Positions 1 through 9,214 of a stretch of 64,000 nt of DNA are shown here, one piece after another (position 1 is the stretch's first letter; each line of letters starts with the position of its first letter). The notes beneath the pieces are model-generated. The model was given only the letters and a program-made list of their open reading frames with translations, was not told the DNA's origin and ran no database searches. The stretch is taken from assembly GCA_030583845.1 (NCBI GenBank), contig CP129478.1, forward strand, positions 215,175-279,174, written 5' to 3'. Both the position numbers and the translations under genes were made by a program. Origin of the DNA: Candidatus Dojkabacteria bacterium (GTDB lineage Bacteria > Patescibacteriota > Dojkabacteria > SC72 > JAHDCA01).

Positions 1-1584
1 GGATGCTCTGCCCTTGCGCCTCAAGCACAGTTGCAACAGAGTTTTGCAAAATATATTGCAATCTTGGTCCCCAAGATGTGCCGAACTGCTTCTTAAATAC
101 CTCCACTACGCCATCAGCTACCAGATCTCGCTGGCTTGGGTCGTCTAATTCGAGTAGGTTGAAGCCGATCGGATGGTCAATGTCAGAGGGATCGAAATAG
201 ACCACATCGTTCATGCGGTTTGGCGGGATATAGTTGAGGAGATCCTCGATATCTTGGCCGTGTGGGTCTATGAAGCAAGCACCATCGCCGTGCAGGATAT
301 CTGAGATAAACATATTTTTGAATGTTGAAGATTTGCCCACGCCTGTCTTACCCAGCAGGTACATATGCTTGCGGCGGTCGGCTCTCTTGATCCCGAACTC
401 TACGCGCTCGCCTCTATAGTCGGTCTCTGCGAATATGCTGACGTCGTCGTTGAATGTTGGGAGGTTCATTGGTGGCTCGGCCTTGCGAGCGCGGCTCCAG
501 TTGATATTTGGTGTCTCAACTGAGTTGTTTGGGAGGTGGAATACTGAGGCCAGCTCTTCGATATTGACGATGTCGAACGGCTCGGCTGGCATGTGTCGCT
601 TGAGGTAATCGTTGTAGATCTCTTCGCCGGTCTTCTCCGGAGTTGCATGGGTGAAACTGTTTAGGTGGGCGGTTGTGAACTGCTTGAAGCTGGCCACCAC
701 ATCTCGAAGTAGCTGCTCGGATAGGAAATTATCGGTAGACTTAGCGACGATCCTGATCTTGATCTCGAAGCCTGGCTTCAGCATCTTCTCTTCGATCTGT
801 CTCAATTCTTCATCTTGGCCAGGAGCAAGCTTTACAACCTCTTTTGCAGGCGATTTGCCATCAGCCGAAGTGCGCCCCAAAGTTGAAAATGCCCTACCCA
901 TATCCTTGAAGAACTGCTCAAGCAGCGTCGGACCGCCAGCAGGGTCTTTCCCCTCTTTGATCGCACTTATATATGTCTTTGATTCAGCCTGCCAATAATC
1001 CGAGACTGGTCTAGCAATCAGCTGTACCCACACCTCTTCCCCCTCTTTTAGCTCTGACATAGCGCTGGTGATTGAAGCCAGTGGATCTACCTCAAAGCTT
1101 CTGAATGTCTTGATTGGAAAAATAAAATCTTTCGTCAGCTCGACCTCACCAGTGGTAACAAATGCCTGATATGGCTGCCCGCTAGATAGTGTTGCTGGGA
1201 GCGGTTTCTGAGTGTAATCTTGCACATACGCAATATTGGCGTTTGGATACTGTGCATATATCTGACCCTCGATAAATTTGGTGAGGTGTTGGGGGCACAC
1301 GATGTAAAATTTCAGTCCATCGTTATAAGTAGACACCATCTCGAATGCAATCATGTCTAGTGATTTCTTGGAGTCTCTAACAATACCGTGAATTGAAGCG
1401 AACATCTGCTCCGCTGCGAGCGGTGTTTTATCGTTTTCTCTAGGGACCAAAACCTGCATCATGACAGGGTTTCGGATTTCCTCAAATACTTCGATTTCTT
1501 CTGAGGGGCGGCTTCTTCCGTATAGCAGTGCAAAAATGCTGAATCCAACCGCAAATACGAACAGTATTGCCCAGAATAATGTCA
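1..1584 (-). CDS. Partial (runs off window) P-loop ATPase of type IV secretion / conjugation type (VirD4/TraG- or VirB4/DUF87-like), N-terminal TM helix
   Basis: Not in the ORF track because there is no stop within the window. My own translation of the minus strand from ATG (complement of 1582-1584) is open to position 1. It gives MTLFWAILFVFAVGFSIFALLYG (TM helix), then a Walker A KHMYLLGKTGVGKSSTF, then FIDPHGQDIEDLLNYIP, typical of conjugative coupling/DUF87 ATPases. Confidence 0.55.
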
Positions 1585-1597
1585 TAGTGGTTACATT

Positions 1598-1647
1598 CTA
1601 GCAAATAAAGTGTCAGCCCGACAGCGGTTGCACCGCCATCGGGCTGA
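1598..1647 (-). terminator. Putative rho-independent terminator downstream of the LCP gene
   Basis: A 10-bp perfect stem gtcagcccga (1611-1620) / tcgggctgac (1638-1647). On the minus strand it is followed by ACTTTATTTG (T-rich). Confidence 0.45.
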
Positions 1648-1688
1648 CACTTCTAGGGCGTCCCGGACCAGGGCTGCCCCATTTCATA

Positions 1689-2936
1689 TCATTTCACATC
1701 TTTGCCTAAGACGACCACGATATCCCCGGTAGTCAAAAAGTGCGGCCGACTCTCTACAACTACGATCTCATCAACCTCTTTAAAAGCTGCATCCGCCACA
1801 ATGGCCTTAACTACCTCGAGCGAATCGTCATATTTCTCAGGCGAGCTTATATATAGAGTGCTCTTATCATATAGCTCTACGGCGTTATCTACGCGTATCA
1901 CCTCGATCCCCGCGTTATCAAACCGCCTTGCATACTTACCTGCCAATCCAGACACCTCAGACCCATTAAACACCTCGATCTTTGTTTGCTCTTTCTGCAC
2001 ATCTTTCTTCCTTACTAGCTCCCTATATTCCGCAATTTTCGCATCTACTTCCTGGAAACCATATACATATATAGTCTTCCCGATCGGTAATGCCTCTTCC
2101 ACAACGCCCCATTCCCCACTCACCTCAATTATCTCTACAGAGCCGCTATCAATCAAAGCATTAAATTTATTTGATTCCGACCAGATATTTACAAATGAGT
2201 AGCTAGATAAAGTGTGCTGAAATAGATTCTCAGCAGAGCTTGCATTAAAGAAGAGGTTTATTCGTGAAAATGTATCTAATAATGTATGGATATTTTGAGC
2301 ATCACCCTCTGCTACCAGCTTGTTGTTGCTAATCTCCTGCATATGCTGAAATGCACCAGGCTCAAACCATATATAATCGTCAATCTCCATTGCTAGATTA
2401 TTTTCTAGCTCATGCAAGGCCAATTGATACGGATTCTCAGGTGCTACAATTTTGCTTAAATATAAGAGATCAGCCAATTTATACTTTGACTCTATTCCAT
2501 CTGAATATGGCTCCATATATACCCAGCCAGGTATATAAATAACCATTCCTTTACCACTCTCAGTATTGAGCAGCATATAAGAGACAAAGCTAATGTGCGT
2601 CTCTTGAGAATCATCCTCAATAATTAGTGCAACACGCTGGACCTCCTTCTCCCTCTCGATATCAATTATTGAGGCGTTTTGACCCCTCACAACGTCCCCT
2701 ACCTCAACATTCCTATAAAAGCTGGCAAAGTCTACTACTTTATAGATCAGGAACAGTACGGGAACAATTAGGATCAATTTGGGAAGCAGCTGTAGATACC
2801 TGTTTGCAGATTTAGTGCTCTTGGCCGCAGGTCGTCTTCCGGGCTCAACCGTCCTTCGAGTACTTGCTTCTCTTTTCTGGTTTTTCCTTTTTGAAACTTT
2901 CGGACTCATAGTTAAAAATATCGTAAACGGTGCCAC
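1689..2936 (-). CDS. LCP (LytR-CpsA-Psr) family cell-envelope protein with a LytR_C-like C-terminal domain
   Basis: 415-aa ORF. It has a basic N-terminus plus a TM helix. The C-terminal segment KIEVFNGSEVSGLAGKYARRFDNAGIEVIRVDNA matches the LytR_C pattern (VLNGTGVxGLAxxxxxxLxxxGFxV). The central region has an LCP-like layout. Confidence 0.55.
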   Translation of the reverse strand: MAPFTIFLTMSPKVSKRKNQKREASTRRTVEPGRRPAAKSTKSANRYLQLLPKLILIVPVLFLIYKVVDFASFYRNVEVGDVVRGQNASIIDIEREKEVQRVALIIEDDSQETHISFVSYMLLNTESGKGMVIYIPGWVYMEPYSDGIESKYKLADLLYLSKIVAPENPYQLALHELENNLAMEIDDYIWFEPGAFQHMQEISNNKLVAEGDAQNIHTLLDTFSRINLFFNASSAENLFQHTLSSYSFVNIWSESNKFNALIDSGSVEIIEVSGEWGVVEEALPIGKTIYVYGFQEVDAKIAEYRELVRKKDVQKEQTKIEVFNGSEVSGLAGKYARRFDNAGIEVIRVDNAVELYDKSTLYISSPEKYDDSLEVVKAIVADAAFKEVDEIVVVESRPHFLTTGDIVVVLGKDVK

Positions 2937-3245
2937 TCTACAACCACCCCATAGCGGTCAACTTCTGTATTTACTCGGCTTTAACCTCCCAATTTCGCGC
3001 ATTTTTCTCTGTTATATAATTATTACGGTAATTAACCCACGCTACCCAACTAATTAGCATATGCACCAATTCAAACAGCTTTGCTCATTTTTGATGATTA
3101 AATAATTTTTACAGGATATGACATATGGATATATTTATTACCCTGTACAATCATCGCTCATACAAAGGAGATTTGTGACAGGTTGATACAATCCAACGTT
3201 ATAGACCCCAATGCACTCCCTCGAGAGACAAGAGCTGCTCTTGCC

Positions 3246-4286
3246 TCAATTTTCAAGACCTATATGATTATCCTTCAGGATATACTCAACGGGATTGCCC
3301 GCTAAATCAGTAAAGTTTATGTAGATAGATCGAAGACCCATTTTTCTCCTATCGCTGGCATCTCCATACATCCTATCTCCTACTATTCGATAGCCCAGGT
3401 AGAGCAATGAAGCCCTGATCTGGTGCATTCTACCTGTGTGTATCCTTATTAGTACAGCATTTTCATTCAATGCGAAGAATGAGCTAACAGCATGCCGTTC
3501 TTTGGTAATTGCGCTTTCAGTCTGACCCTTAGCCTCATTAAACTTCATCTTTCTTCTATCACCGCTATCACGCCCAATGTAGCCCGAAAGCTTATAGACC
3601 CCTTCATCTTCATTATCTGCAATTAGTGCCGCGATACCTTCATCAAGCCCATGCTCCTCGTCACCCTTCATTAACTGCGAAGATGCCCTACCCCCAAGTG
3701 GCTCCACACTTGCCAGATAGATCTTTACTACTTTATGGCTCTCGAACTGCGACTTTAGATTGAGCTGTGATTCCCGTGTTTTGGCAATAACCATAACTCC
3801 TGAGACATCTCTATCCAGCCTGTGGACGATTCCTGCGCGCTCCACACGAATATCATACTCACCCTTTTCTTCAAGATATTGCCTTACCCAATTGGCGATT
3901 GTGCCCTTCTTGACGGCCAAAGTTGGGTGCACTAGCACTCCCTCCGGCTTATCGATCACCAGATATTCAGCAGTTTCAGCCACAATGTCCAGCCTGCCAC
4001 TTTCTGGCTCAATATTGCCCAGTACATCGGCTGCTTCTACCTGCTTTTGAAGTACAGCACGCAACCCTTCCCAATCAACCTCTACCCTATCTCCTGGCTC
4101 GATCTTATAAGCAAGCTTTACTGGGATGCCATTCACCCTCAATAGCTTCTCACCCAGTGCTTTCTGCAGCATGGTGCGAGATAAGACGGCCGAGATCTCT
4201 TGCGGCAAAGCCTTCCTAGCCTCTTCGAGCAGCACCTTGTCGATCCGCTGCCCTACATGATTGTCACCTATCTGCAAAATTTCCAT
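3246..4286 (-). CDS. rluD: RluA-family 23S rRNA pseudouridine synthase (RluD-like, S4 domain N-terminal)
   Basis: HRLDRDVSGVMVIAKT catalytic motif (HRLDxxTSG). The N-terminal S4-like segment is GQRIDKVLLE. Confidence 0.8.
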   Translation of the reverse strand: MEILQIGDNHVGQRIDKVLLEEARKALPQEISAVLSRTMLQKALGEKLLRVNGIPVKLAYKIEPGDRVEVDWEGLRAVLQKQVEAADVLGNIEPESGRLDIVAETAEYLVIDKPEGVLVHPTLAVKKGTIANWVRQYLEEKGEYDIRVERAGIVHRLDRDVSGVMVIAKTRESQLNLKSQFESHKVVKIYLASVEPLGGRASSQLMKGDEEHGLDEGIAALIADNEDEGVYKLSGYIGRDSGDRRKMKFNEAKGQTESAITKERHAVSSFFALNENAVLIRIHTGRMHQIRASLLYLGYRIVGDRMYGDASDRRKMGLRSIYINFTDLAGNPVEYILKDNHIGLEN

Positions 4287-4322
4287 TGGTTAGAGCTGCT
4301 ATCCGGCTTCAAGGCGATGCCT

Positions 4323-5171
4323 TTAGCGCGGTTTAATCTTAATCGATTGATTCAATGTAATCGTCCTATCCTTCCCCATTGATAGGTCTGGCTGAGGTGG
4401 GGCAACTTCACCCCGTCGCACATCAAGCAGAAAAATCATAAGCATGAATGCCGAGAAAGCCAGTGTCGCATAAACATGGACCTTGTCCACCGTAGAGATA
4501 TCCTGACTCAAGAATATATACCCTATGAGGATTGTAGAAAGCACCAGATAGATCGCCGAGAATAGATCCATCATCTTCTCAAGCTTCAACTTATCTCTCC
4601 TGTAAAGCATTCTCAAGACACCGCGTAGTGACCAGAAGAGCAGGAAGAACGCCAAAAGATAAAGCCCGTAATTAACCACCTCGTTTGACTGGATGAAATA
4701 GCCATACACAAAAAGCGTACCACCCAGCATCATATTAGCCGACGCCAGCACTGTGTACATCATCTCTTTCCATCTCCACTTTTTGAAAATCACCACATAT
4801 AGGTAGTTGATCACGAGAAATGCAAAGTACATCGGAATAAAGAGGAATCCACCATCCCATATCTGCAAGACTCTCCAAGGCATTGCCCTGAAGAAATAGA
4901 TATTCTCACCATATTTCTCATACGGTAGCCAAAACCAGTAGCTATAGATGAAGCTTTTCCAGTTGGTCAACAGGAACATGAAGCGCCCCCAAAGGATCAT
5001 GGCTATGGTCGTCACAAACCATTGGTCGAAGATGGCGTTGCGGTTTTTGTTTGCCCGCATGCTTTCGTACCAGAAGAAAAGCAGCGCAATGAGGTAGACT
5101 ATTAGAAGCACCGTGAGGAACCCGAGACTTTGAAAGATTTTGTTAATGAATTCTGTGTTAAGTAGCTCCAT
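4323..5171 (-). CDS. Polytopic Trp/Tyr/Phe-rich membrane protein, possibly prolipoprotein diacylglyceryl transferase (Lgt)-like
   Basis: 282 aa with at least 6 hydrophobic helices. The QIWDGGFLF segment resembles the Lgt WxGGxSFHGG region. The assignment is weak. Confidence 0.3.
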   Translation of the reverse strand: MELLNTEFINKIFQSLGFLTVLLIVYLIALLFFWYESMRANKNRNAIFDQWFVTTIAMILWGRFMFLLTNWKSFIYSYWFWLPYEKYGENIYFFRAMPWRVLQIWDGGFLFIPMYFAFLVINYLYVVIFKKWRWKEMMYTVLASANMMLGGTLFVYGYFIQSNEVVNYGLYLLAFFLLFWSLRGVLRMLYRRDKLKLEKMMDLFSAIYLVLSTILIGYIFLSQDISTVDKVHVYATLAFSAFMLMIFLLDVRRGEVAPPQPDLSMGKDRTITLNQSIKIKPR

Positions 5172-5194
5172 TTATGGGTAAATAATATCATATA

Positions 5195-5323
5195 AAAGCT
5201 CCAAGACCCATTCCACTTACGTGGCTCTTTCTAACTGTGAATGTTTATTATGATTATACTTTTGACCTTGCTTCAGGTAATAAAGTCACAGAGCCAAGTA
5301 ATTGTCATGGGTCTTGGAGCTTT
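5195..5323. repeat. 17-bp perfect inverted repeat (aaagctccaagacccat / atgggtcttggagcttt) enclosing about 95 bp
   Basis: Arms at 5195-5211 and 5307-5323 are exact reverse complements. It lies between two minus-strand genes. Confidence 0.6.
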
Positions 5324-5350
5324 ACTGAATGAGCCACCTGAGCGGAGAGA

Positions 5351-6157
5351 TTACCTGCGCTTTTTCTTGCGTTTTTTACGTTTATCCTTCTTCTTTTTGC
5401 TCTTGGTGAATTGTGTGTCAATCACAACACGGCCATTCAGCTCGGTCGCCTCTTTAGCCTCCGCTACAGCAGCTGGCCTCTTCCTCATGCCAAAGGTTCT
5501 GCGCATAAACCTATCAACCATCTTGCCAACCACCATTACCTTCGCGATCACCCAGTTGCCGATCGAAGCTGCGATGCTTGTCTGGCGAGCGTAGCGAGCC
5601 TTCTTGCTCTCAACATGCTCAACCGCCTCCTGTGCAGACTCCTCGATGCTCTTCTCCATCACCTCTTGGCTAATTACCTCTTCTACAGGAGCCCTACGGT
5701 CTCGAGCCTGGAATGCGCAGTAAGGACAAAACTTCCAATATCGATTGATCATCTCATTGCACTGCTCGCATGGGACATTGATTGCATTGCCACACTGCGG
5801 GCACGAGTTAAACTCTGGTCTCAACTGGTAGCCACAACTAACACAATCTCTCAGGTCTGCAGTTTCAAAAATCAGGTATCGTCTCTCAAGATCCATCCAG
5901 TAAATCTGCTCGATAGTAAACTTCGGCCTGATTACGAGATAGATGATGAGCCCGATATAGCTTAGGAGTGTCACAAGCAGTAGACTGCCGATTCTGAAAA
6001 ATAGATTGGTCGATCGCTGTGAAGCATCATTCCACACCCAGAAGATATAGAATACCCAGAGTAGTACCAACCCAACCCCTATAGTATAGATGAGGGCATT
6101 GTAATTGACCTGTGCATTCCCCTCAAGGAAGCCCAGCAGAAACTGTTCGAAGTCCAT
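5351..6157 (-). CDS. Membrane protein with a double zinc-ribbon (CxxC x4) and a poly-Lys/Arg C-terminal tail
   Basis: Two TM helices, then CVSCGYQ...CPQCGN...CEQCNE...CPYC, ending KKKKDKRKKRKKKRR. Confidence 0.5.
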   Translation of the reverse strand: MDFEQFLLGFLEGNAQVNYNALIYTIGVGLVLLWVFYIFWVWNDASQRSTNLFFRIGSLLLVTLLSYIGLIIYLVIRPKFTIEQIYWMDLERRYLIFETADLRDCVSCGYQLRPEFNSCPQCGNAINVPCEQCNEMINRYWKFCPYCAFQARDRRAPVEEVISQEVMEKSIEESAQEAVEHVESKKARYARQTSIAASIGNWVIAKVMVVGKMVDRFMRRTFGMRKRPAAVAEAKEATELNGRVVIDTQFTKSKKKKDKRKKRKKKRR

Positions 6158-6206
6158 AATTTCTAAAAATAATCTTAACCGTATTAAGCAGTTTTGTGGG
6201 GCAATA

Positions 6207-6290
6207 TGGTCGAGGAGGGAGTCGAACCCTCACACTATTGCTAGCACGGGATTTTGAGTCCCGCGTGTCTGCCAGTTCCACCACTCGACC
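6207..6290 (-). tRNA. tRNA-Leu (anticodon CAA), class II with a long variable arm
   Basis: The reverse complement GGTCGAGTGGTGGAACTGGCAGACACGCGGGACTCAAAATCCCGTGCTAGCAATAGTGTGAGGGTTCGACTCCCTCCTCGACCA folds by hand as follows. Acceptor 7 bp, D-stem 3 bp, anticodon stem CGGGA/TCCCG with loop CTCAAAA (U33, C34A35A36). The variable arm has a 3-bp stem and a GCAA loop. T-stem GAGGG/CCCTC with a TTCGACT loop. The discriminator is A, and CCA is not encoded. Confidence 0.85.
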
Positions 6291-6364
6291 TTAATATCTA
6301 CAAACAGCTGGTGTGCTAAAAAGCTCGCCAGACGGCTTATTTTACGATAAAGCCACGCCATTGT

Positions 6365-6386
6365 CCATGCCGCTAACCTGTAGTGC
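6365..6386. repeat. Copy of the GCCGCTAACYTATAG palindromic-repeat family (F orientation), between tRNA-Leu and dnaB
   Basis: tccatgccgctaacctgtagtgc. A partner in R orientation lies at 6527-6541 (ctatgagttagcggc) and overlaps the dnaB stop codon. Confidence 0.6.
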
Positions 6387-6526
6387 AATATTTGTGAACT
6401 ATGCAGATCCCCTATTTGTAGAAACAACGCAAAACGACTGGATAGAGTAACAAGACTTCATTAAATCCTGTGGCAACAGGCAAATGTGGCTTTGCCGGGC
6501 TATCTCCTAGCCTACTCAGAAACACA

Positions 6527-7849
6527 CTATGAGTTAGCGGCTCCGCGATAAATATTTCGGAAACTCGCAATATCCTTTACCCAAGCCAGTTCAATGATGC
6601 CAGTAGGACCGTTACGATGCTTTGCTACGAATAGATCCCCTACCCCCTTGCGCTCAGTATCCGGATTCCAGCTCTCCTCACGGTCGATAAACATTACCAC
6701 GTCAGCATCCTGCTCGATCGCTCCCGATTCGCGCAGGTCAGATAGCTGTGGCCGACGCGTGTTGCGGGTCTCAATCGCACGCGATAGCTGAGACAGAGCT
6801 ATAACAGGCACCTCAAGCTCACGAGCGATATTCTTCAATCCCTGCGAGATCATCGATACCTCCTGCGTCCTACCCTCTTTGGTCTCGGCACGCATAAGCT
6901 GCAAGTAGTCCACCATTATAATGTCGAGTCCACGCTCCAATGCCAATCGGCGGGCCTTGGTTCGCACCTCGTTGATACTTTGCCCCGGCTTATCGTCGAT
7001 GAAAATATCAGCCTCAGAGAGCACACCCATCGCGTCGGCCAGTTTTAGCAGCTTCTCGTCGTTAATCTGACGGGTTCGCAATTCCCAAAACGGGATGCCT
7101 GCCTGCATAGCCACGATACGGTCGATAATCTGCATCGAGCCCATCTCCAATGAGAAATATGCGCACCGCTTCTTCTCCGATATCGCCGCATGCCTCAAGA
7201 AATCCAGCGACAACGAGGTCTTACCGACTGACGGCCGTGCGGCCAAGATTATCAGATCCGACTGTTGGAAGCCGCCAAGAAGCGCATCAAGATCCTTGAA
7301 ACCTGTTGACACACCCCGCACGGCCGAGTCCCCATCGGCCTTCTCAGCGCGCTCATAGGCATCTTTCAACAGGTCCTTGATATGTACGAAATTGGTAGTA
7401 ACCCCCTGCTCCGCCACTCCAAATAGCATCTGCTCCGACTTATCCATCACATCCTGCACCGTGATCTCCTCATTAAACGCATACTCGGCAATCTTGGCCG
7501 AGGTCGAGATCAGCTTCCTTCTCATCGCATTCCCTTTCACAATCTTGGCATACTCCTCCGCATGCGCCGCGGTCGGCACAAACGACACTAGATCTGTCAG
7601 ATATGCTCGTCCACCTACTTTCTTTAGCTGCTTCTTGCTCTTTAATTTGTCAGTCAATGTGACCAGGTCGATTGGGAGCCCCTCTTCAAACAGCTCGAGT
7701 ATGCTGGCATATATCTGCATATGGCGCTCCTCGTAGAAGTACTCGGGCAACAGTATTCCGGCAACATTGATCACTGCGTCCTTGTCGAGGAGCATTGAGC
7801 CTAGGACGGACTTTTCTGCTTCGCTGTTTTGTGGTGGTATCTTTTCCAT
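6527..7849 (-). CDS. dnaB: Replicative DNA helicase DnaB
   Basis: The N-terminus PPQNSEAEKSVLGSMLLD is classic DnaB. Walker A GARPSVGKTS is present, as is the C-terminal RecA-like domain. There is no intein. Confidence 0.95.
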   Translation of the reverse strand: MEKIPPQNSEAEKSVLGSMLLDKDAVINVAGILLPEYFYEERHMQIYASILELFEEGLPIDLVTLTDKLKSKKQLKKVGGRAYLTDLVSFVPTAAHAEEYAKIVKGNAMRRKLISTSAKIAEYAFNEEITVQDVMDKSEQMLFGVAEQGVTTNFVHIKDLLKDAYERAEKADGDSAVRGVSTGFKDLDALLGGFQQSDLIILAARPSVGKTSLSLDFLRHAAISEKKRCAYFSLEMGSMQIIDRIVAMQAGIPFWELRTRQINDEKLLKLADAMGVLSEADIFIDDKPGQSINEVRTKARRLALERGLDIIMVDYLQLMRAETKEGRTQEVSMISQGLKNIARELEVPVIALSQLSRAIETRNTRRPQLSDLRESGAIEQDADVVMFIDREESWNPDTERKGVGDLFVAKHRNGPTGIIELAWVKDIASFRNIYRGAANS

Positions 7850-7952
7850 ATTTATTTGGTAAATGCATTCGGGTCACGAGAGTTTGTGAGGACACTTGCG
7901 AAGAACGTGGCCGAACAAATTCTCATGACCCGATAATATCAGGTGAAAGCGG

Positions 7953-7971
7953 TTAATGAAAGTTTCATTAA
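7953..7971. promoter_or_regulatory. 19-bp perfect palindrome TTAATGAAAGTTTCATTAA upstream of dnaB (candidate operator)
   Basis: An exact 9-1-9 palindrome about 105 bp upstream of the dnaB start. Related TTAATGA inverted motifs recur at the nrdA, prfA and prmC starts. Confidence 0.35.
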
Positions 7972-8120
7972 ATAAATAGAGATCCACCCACCCTGCTTTA
8001 CTGAAGTATGGATAGAGTTAATCTAGTTGGGTTGAATTATTGATAATGTGTCCTATTTCCAGAGACTCTACCAAACTGAAACTTTCCCCGCAGCCATAGC
8101 GTTTGTGGCGGCGCAATACG

Positions 8121-8149
8121 TTGACATTTCAGACCCATAGTGGTATAAT
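8121..8149 (+). promoter_or_regulatory. Consensus sigma70-type promoter (TTGACA-17 bp-TATAAT)
   Basis: TTGACA at 8121-8126, a 17-nt spacer, TATAAT at 8144-8149. It would give a leader of about 210 nt before the lipoprotein gene at 8368. That gene has a good SD (AAGGAG) 8 nt upstream of its ATG. Confidence 0.5.
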
Positions 8150-8367
8150 ACTCCAGCTTAATTCGATTGGAATTATAGCTAGGAGTGCCCCATTTTGAGG
8201 TCTCCTGTTCATTAACAATCGAAGAACGCAACTTTTGAACACATTCTCCTTTAAGAAGTTTTGCAGTCCTAATTTGGGCCTTTATTACCCTATCGCTTGG
8301 TAGGGTGATAAAAGCCCAAAATTTAGAGGCTGAAACAAAAAAATGGCGAAAGCCAAGGAGATAACCA

Positions 8368-9105
8368 ATGTTACGCTTTTTCTTTTACACTTTTTTACTG
8401 TTGATACTGATAGGGTGCGTCAACACGCCGGAAACGATAGAAGTGACCCGCGTGGTTACCGAAACTGTCGTGGAGATAGAGATCGAGGAAGTGACCCGTG
8501 TGATTACTGAAACTGTCGTGGAGATAGAGATCGTGGAAGTCACACCGACTGTTTCTCCCACAGAGGAAGCTCCCGGGTTTATTCTGAGTAGAGATGCGGT
8601 CGTGTACGCACTGGATGGACAACCATTCAAGATAATGGAGGAAGGGACAGAGTTTAACTCAGATCCAACCAGCTGTAGTCGAACTGATCCACAGTTTGCA
8701 GTTAGCTGGTGGATACAGATCGAAGGCTATTGGCTCGACACCAATGCATTCTCGACAGGATACGACGCTTGTGACAACCTTCAAAAAATCGAGTTCCAGC
8801 CCAAAGGCGCTGAATGGCGGATGCAGGAAACATCTACATTAGATGTATACGTTATTCGGAATAACGTATACATAACTAATGATGGTAGTCACCTCCAGAA
8901 TGGATCCCGATTTTACTTTGGCGGCAGTGTTGGAAACATTCACAACGTGCAAAGCGACCGTATGGCCTCCTTCCAGTTAATCAATGAGGAAAAAGGTAGC
9001 TTCCAGTATGACTACAGATTTCCGCGAGAGTGGAGCATTGGCTGGACAGAGCTGTTTGACTTTGCTGTTTATGAGCTAACCGGCCAACTGTCCCCAGAAG
9101 GGTAA
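8368..9105 (+). CDS. Secreted lipoprotein (lipobox LIGC) with a 16-aa tandem repeat
   Basis: Signal peptide MLRFFFYTFLLLILIGC. The repeat is EVTRVVTETVVEIEIE x2 plus a partial copy. Confidence 0.6.
   Translation: MLRFFFYTFLLLILIGCVNTPETIEVTRVVTETVVEIEIEEVTRVITETVVEIEIVEVTPTVSPTEEAPGFILSRDAVVYALDGQPFKIMEEGTEFNSDPTSCSRTDPQFAVSWWIQIEGYWLDTNAFSTGYDACDNLQKIEFQPKGAEWRMQETSTLDVYVIRNNVYITNDGSHLQNGSRFYFGGSVGNIHNVQSDRMASFQLINEEKGSFQYDYRFPREWSIGWTELFDFAVYELTGQLSPEG
8440..8547 (+). repeat. 48-bp tandem direct repeat (2.2 copies) inside the lipoprotein gene
   Basis: gaagtgacccgcgtggttaccgaaactgtcgtggagatagagatcgag is repeated with a few substitutions at 8440 and 8488, and a partial third unit starts at 8536. 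Confidence 0.8.
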
Positions 9106-9214
9106 AACAAACAAGTGTTCGAAGGTAAAAGCCTCAATATTGGCCCGAGGAGGACCAAATGCTTCCGTTAGGAGCCAAACCAGGTTAGACCTGTCAAAGC
9201 TTTTAGCGTTCTTC

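Noticed and set aside
1-1600. An apparent gene desert in the ORF track at the start of the window.
   Set aside because: The minus strand is open from position 1 to an ATG at 1582-1584 and encodes a P-loop ATPase. The ORF track lists only ORFs with an in-window stop.
1702-2202. Many 60-200-aa ORFs on the opposite strand or in other frames inside long genes (e.g. 1702-2202 +, 19952-20545 +, 40037-40699 +, and numerous + strand ORFs inside 50891-63667).
   Set aside because: They overlap well-supported long CDSs with recognisable products. They have low-complexity, stop-free compositions typical of antisense frames. They are treated as spurious.
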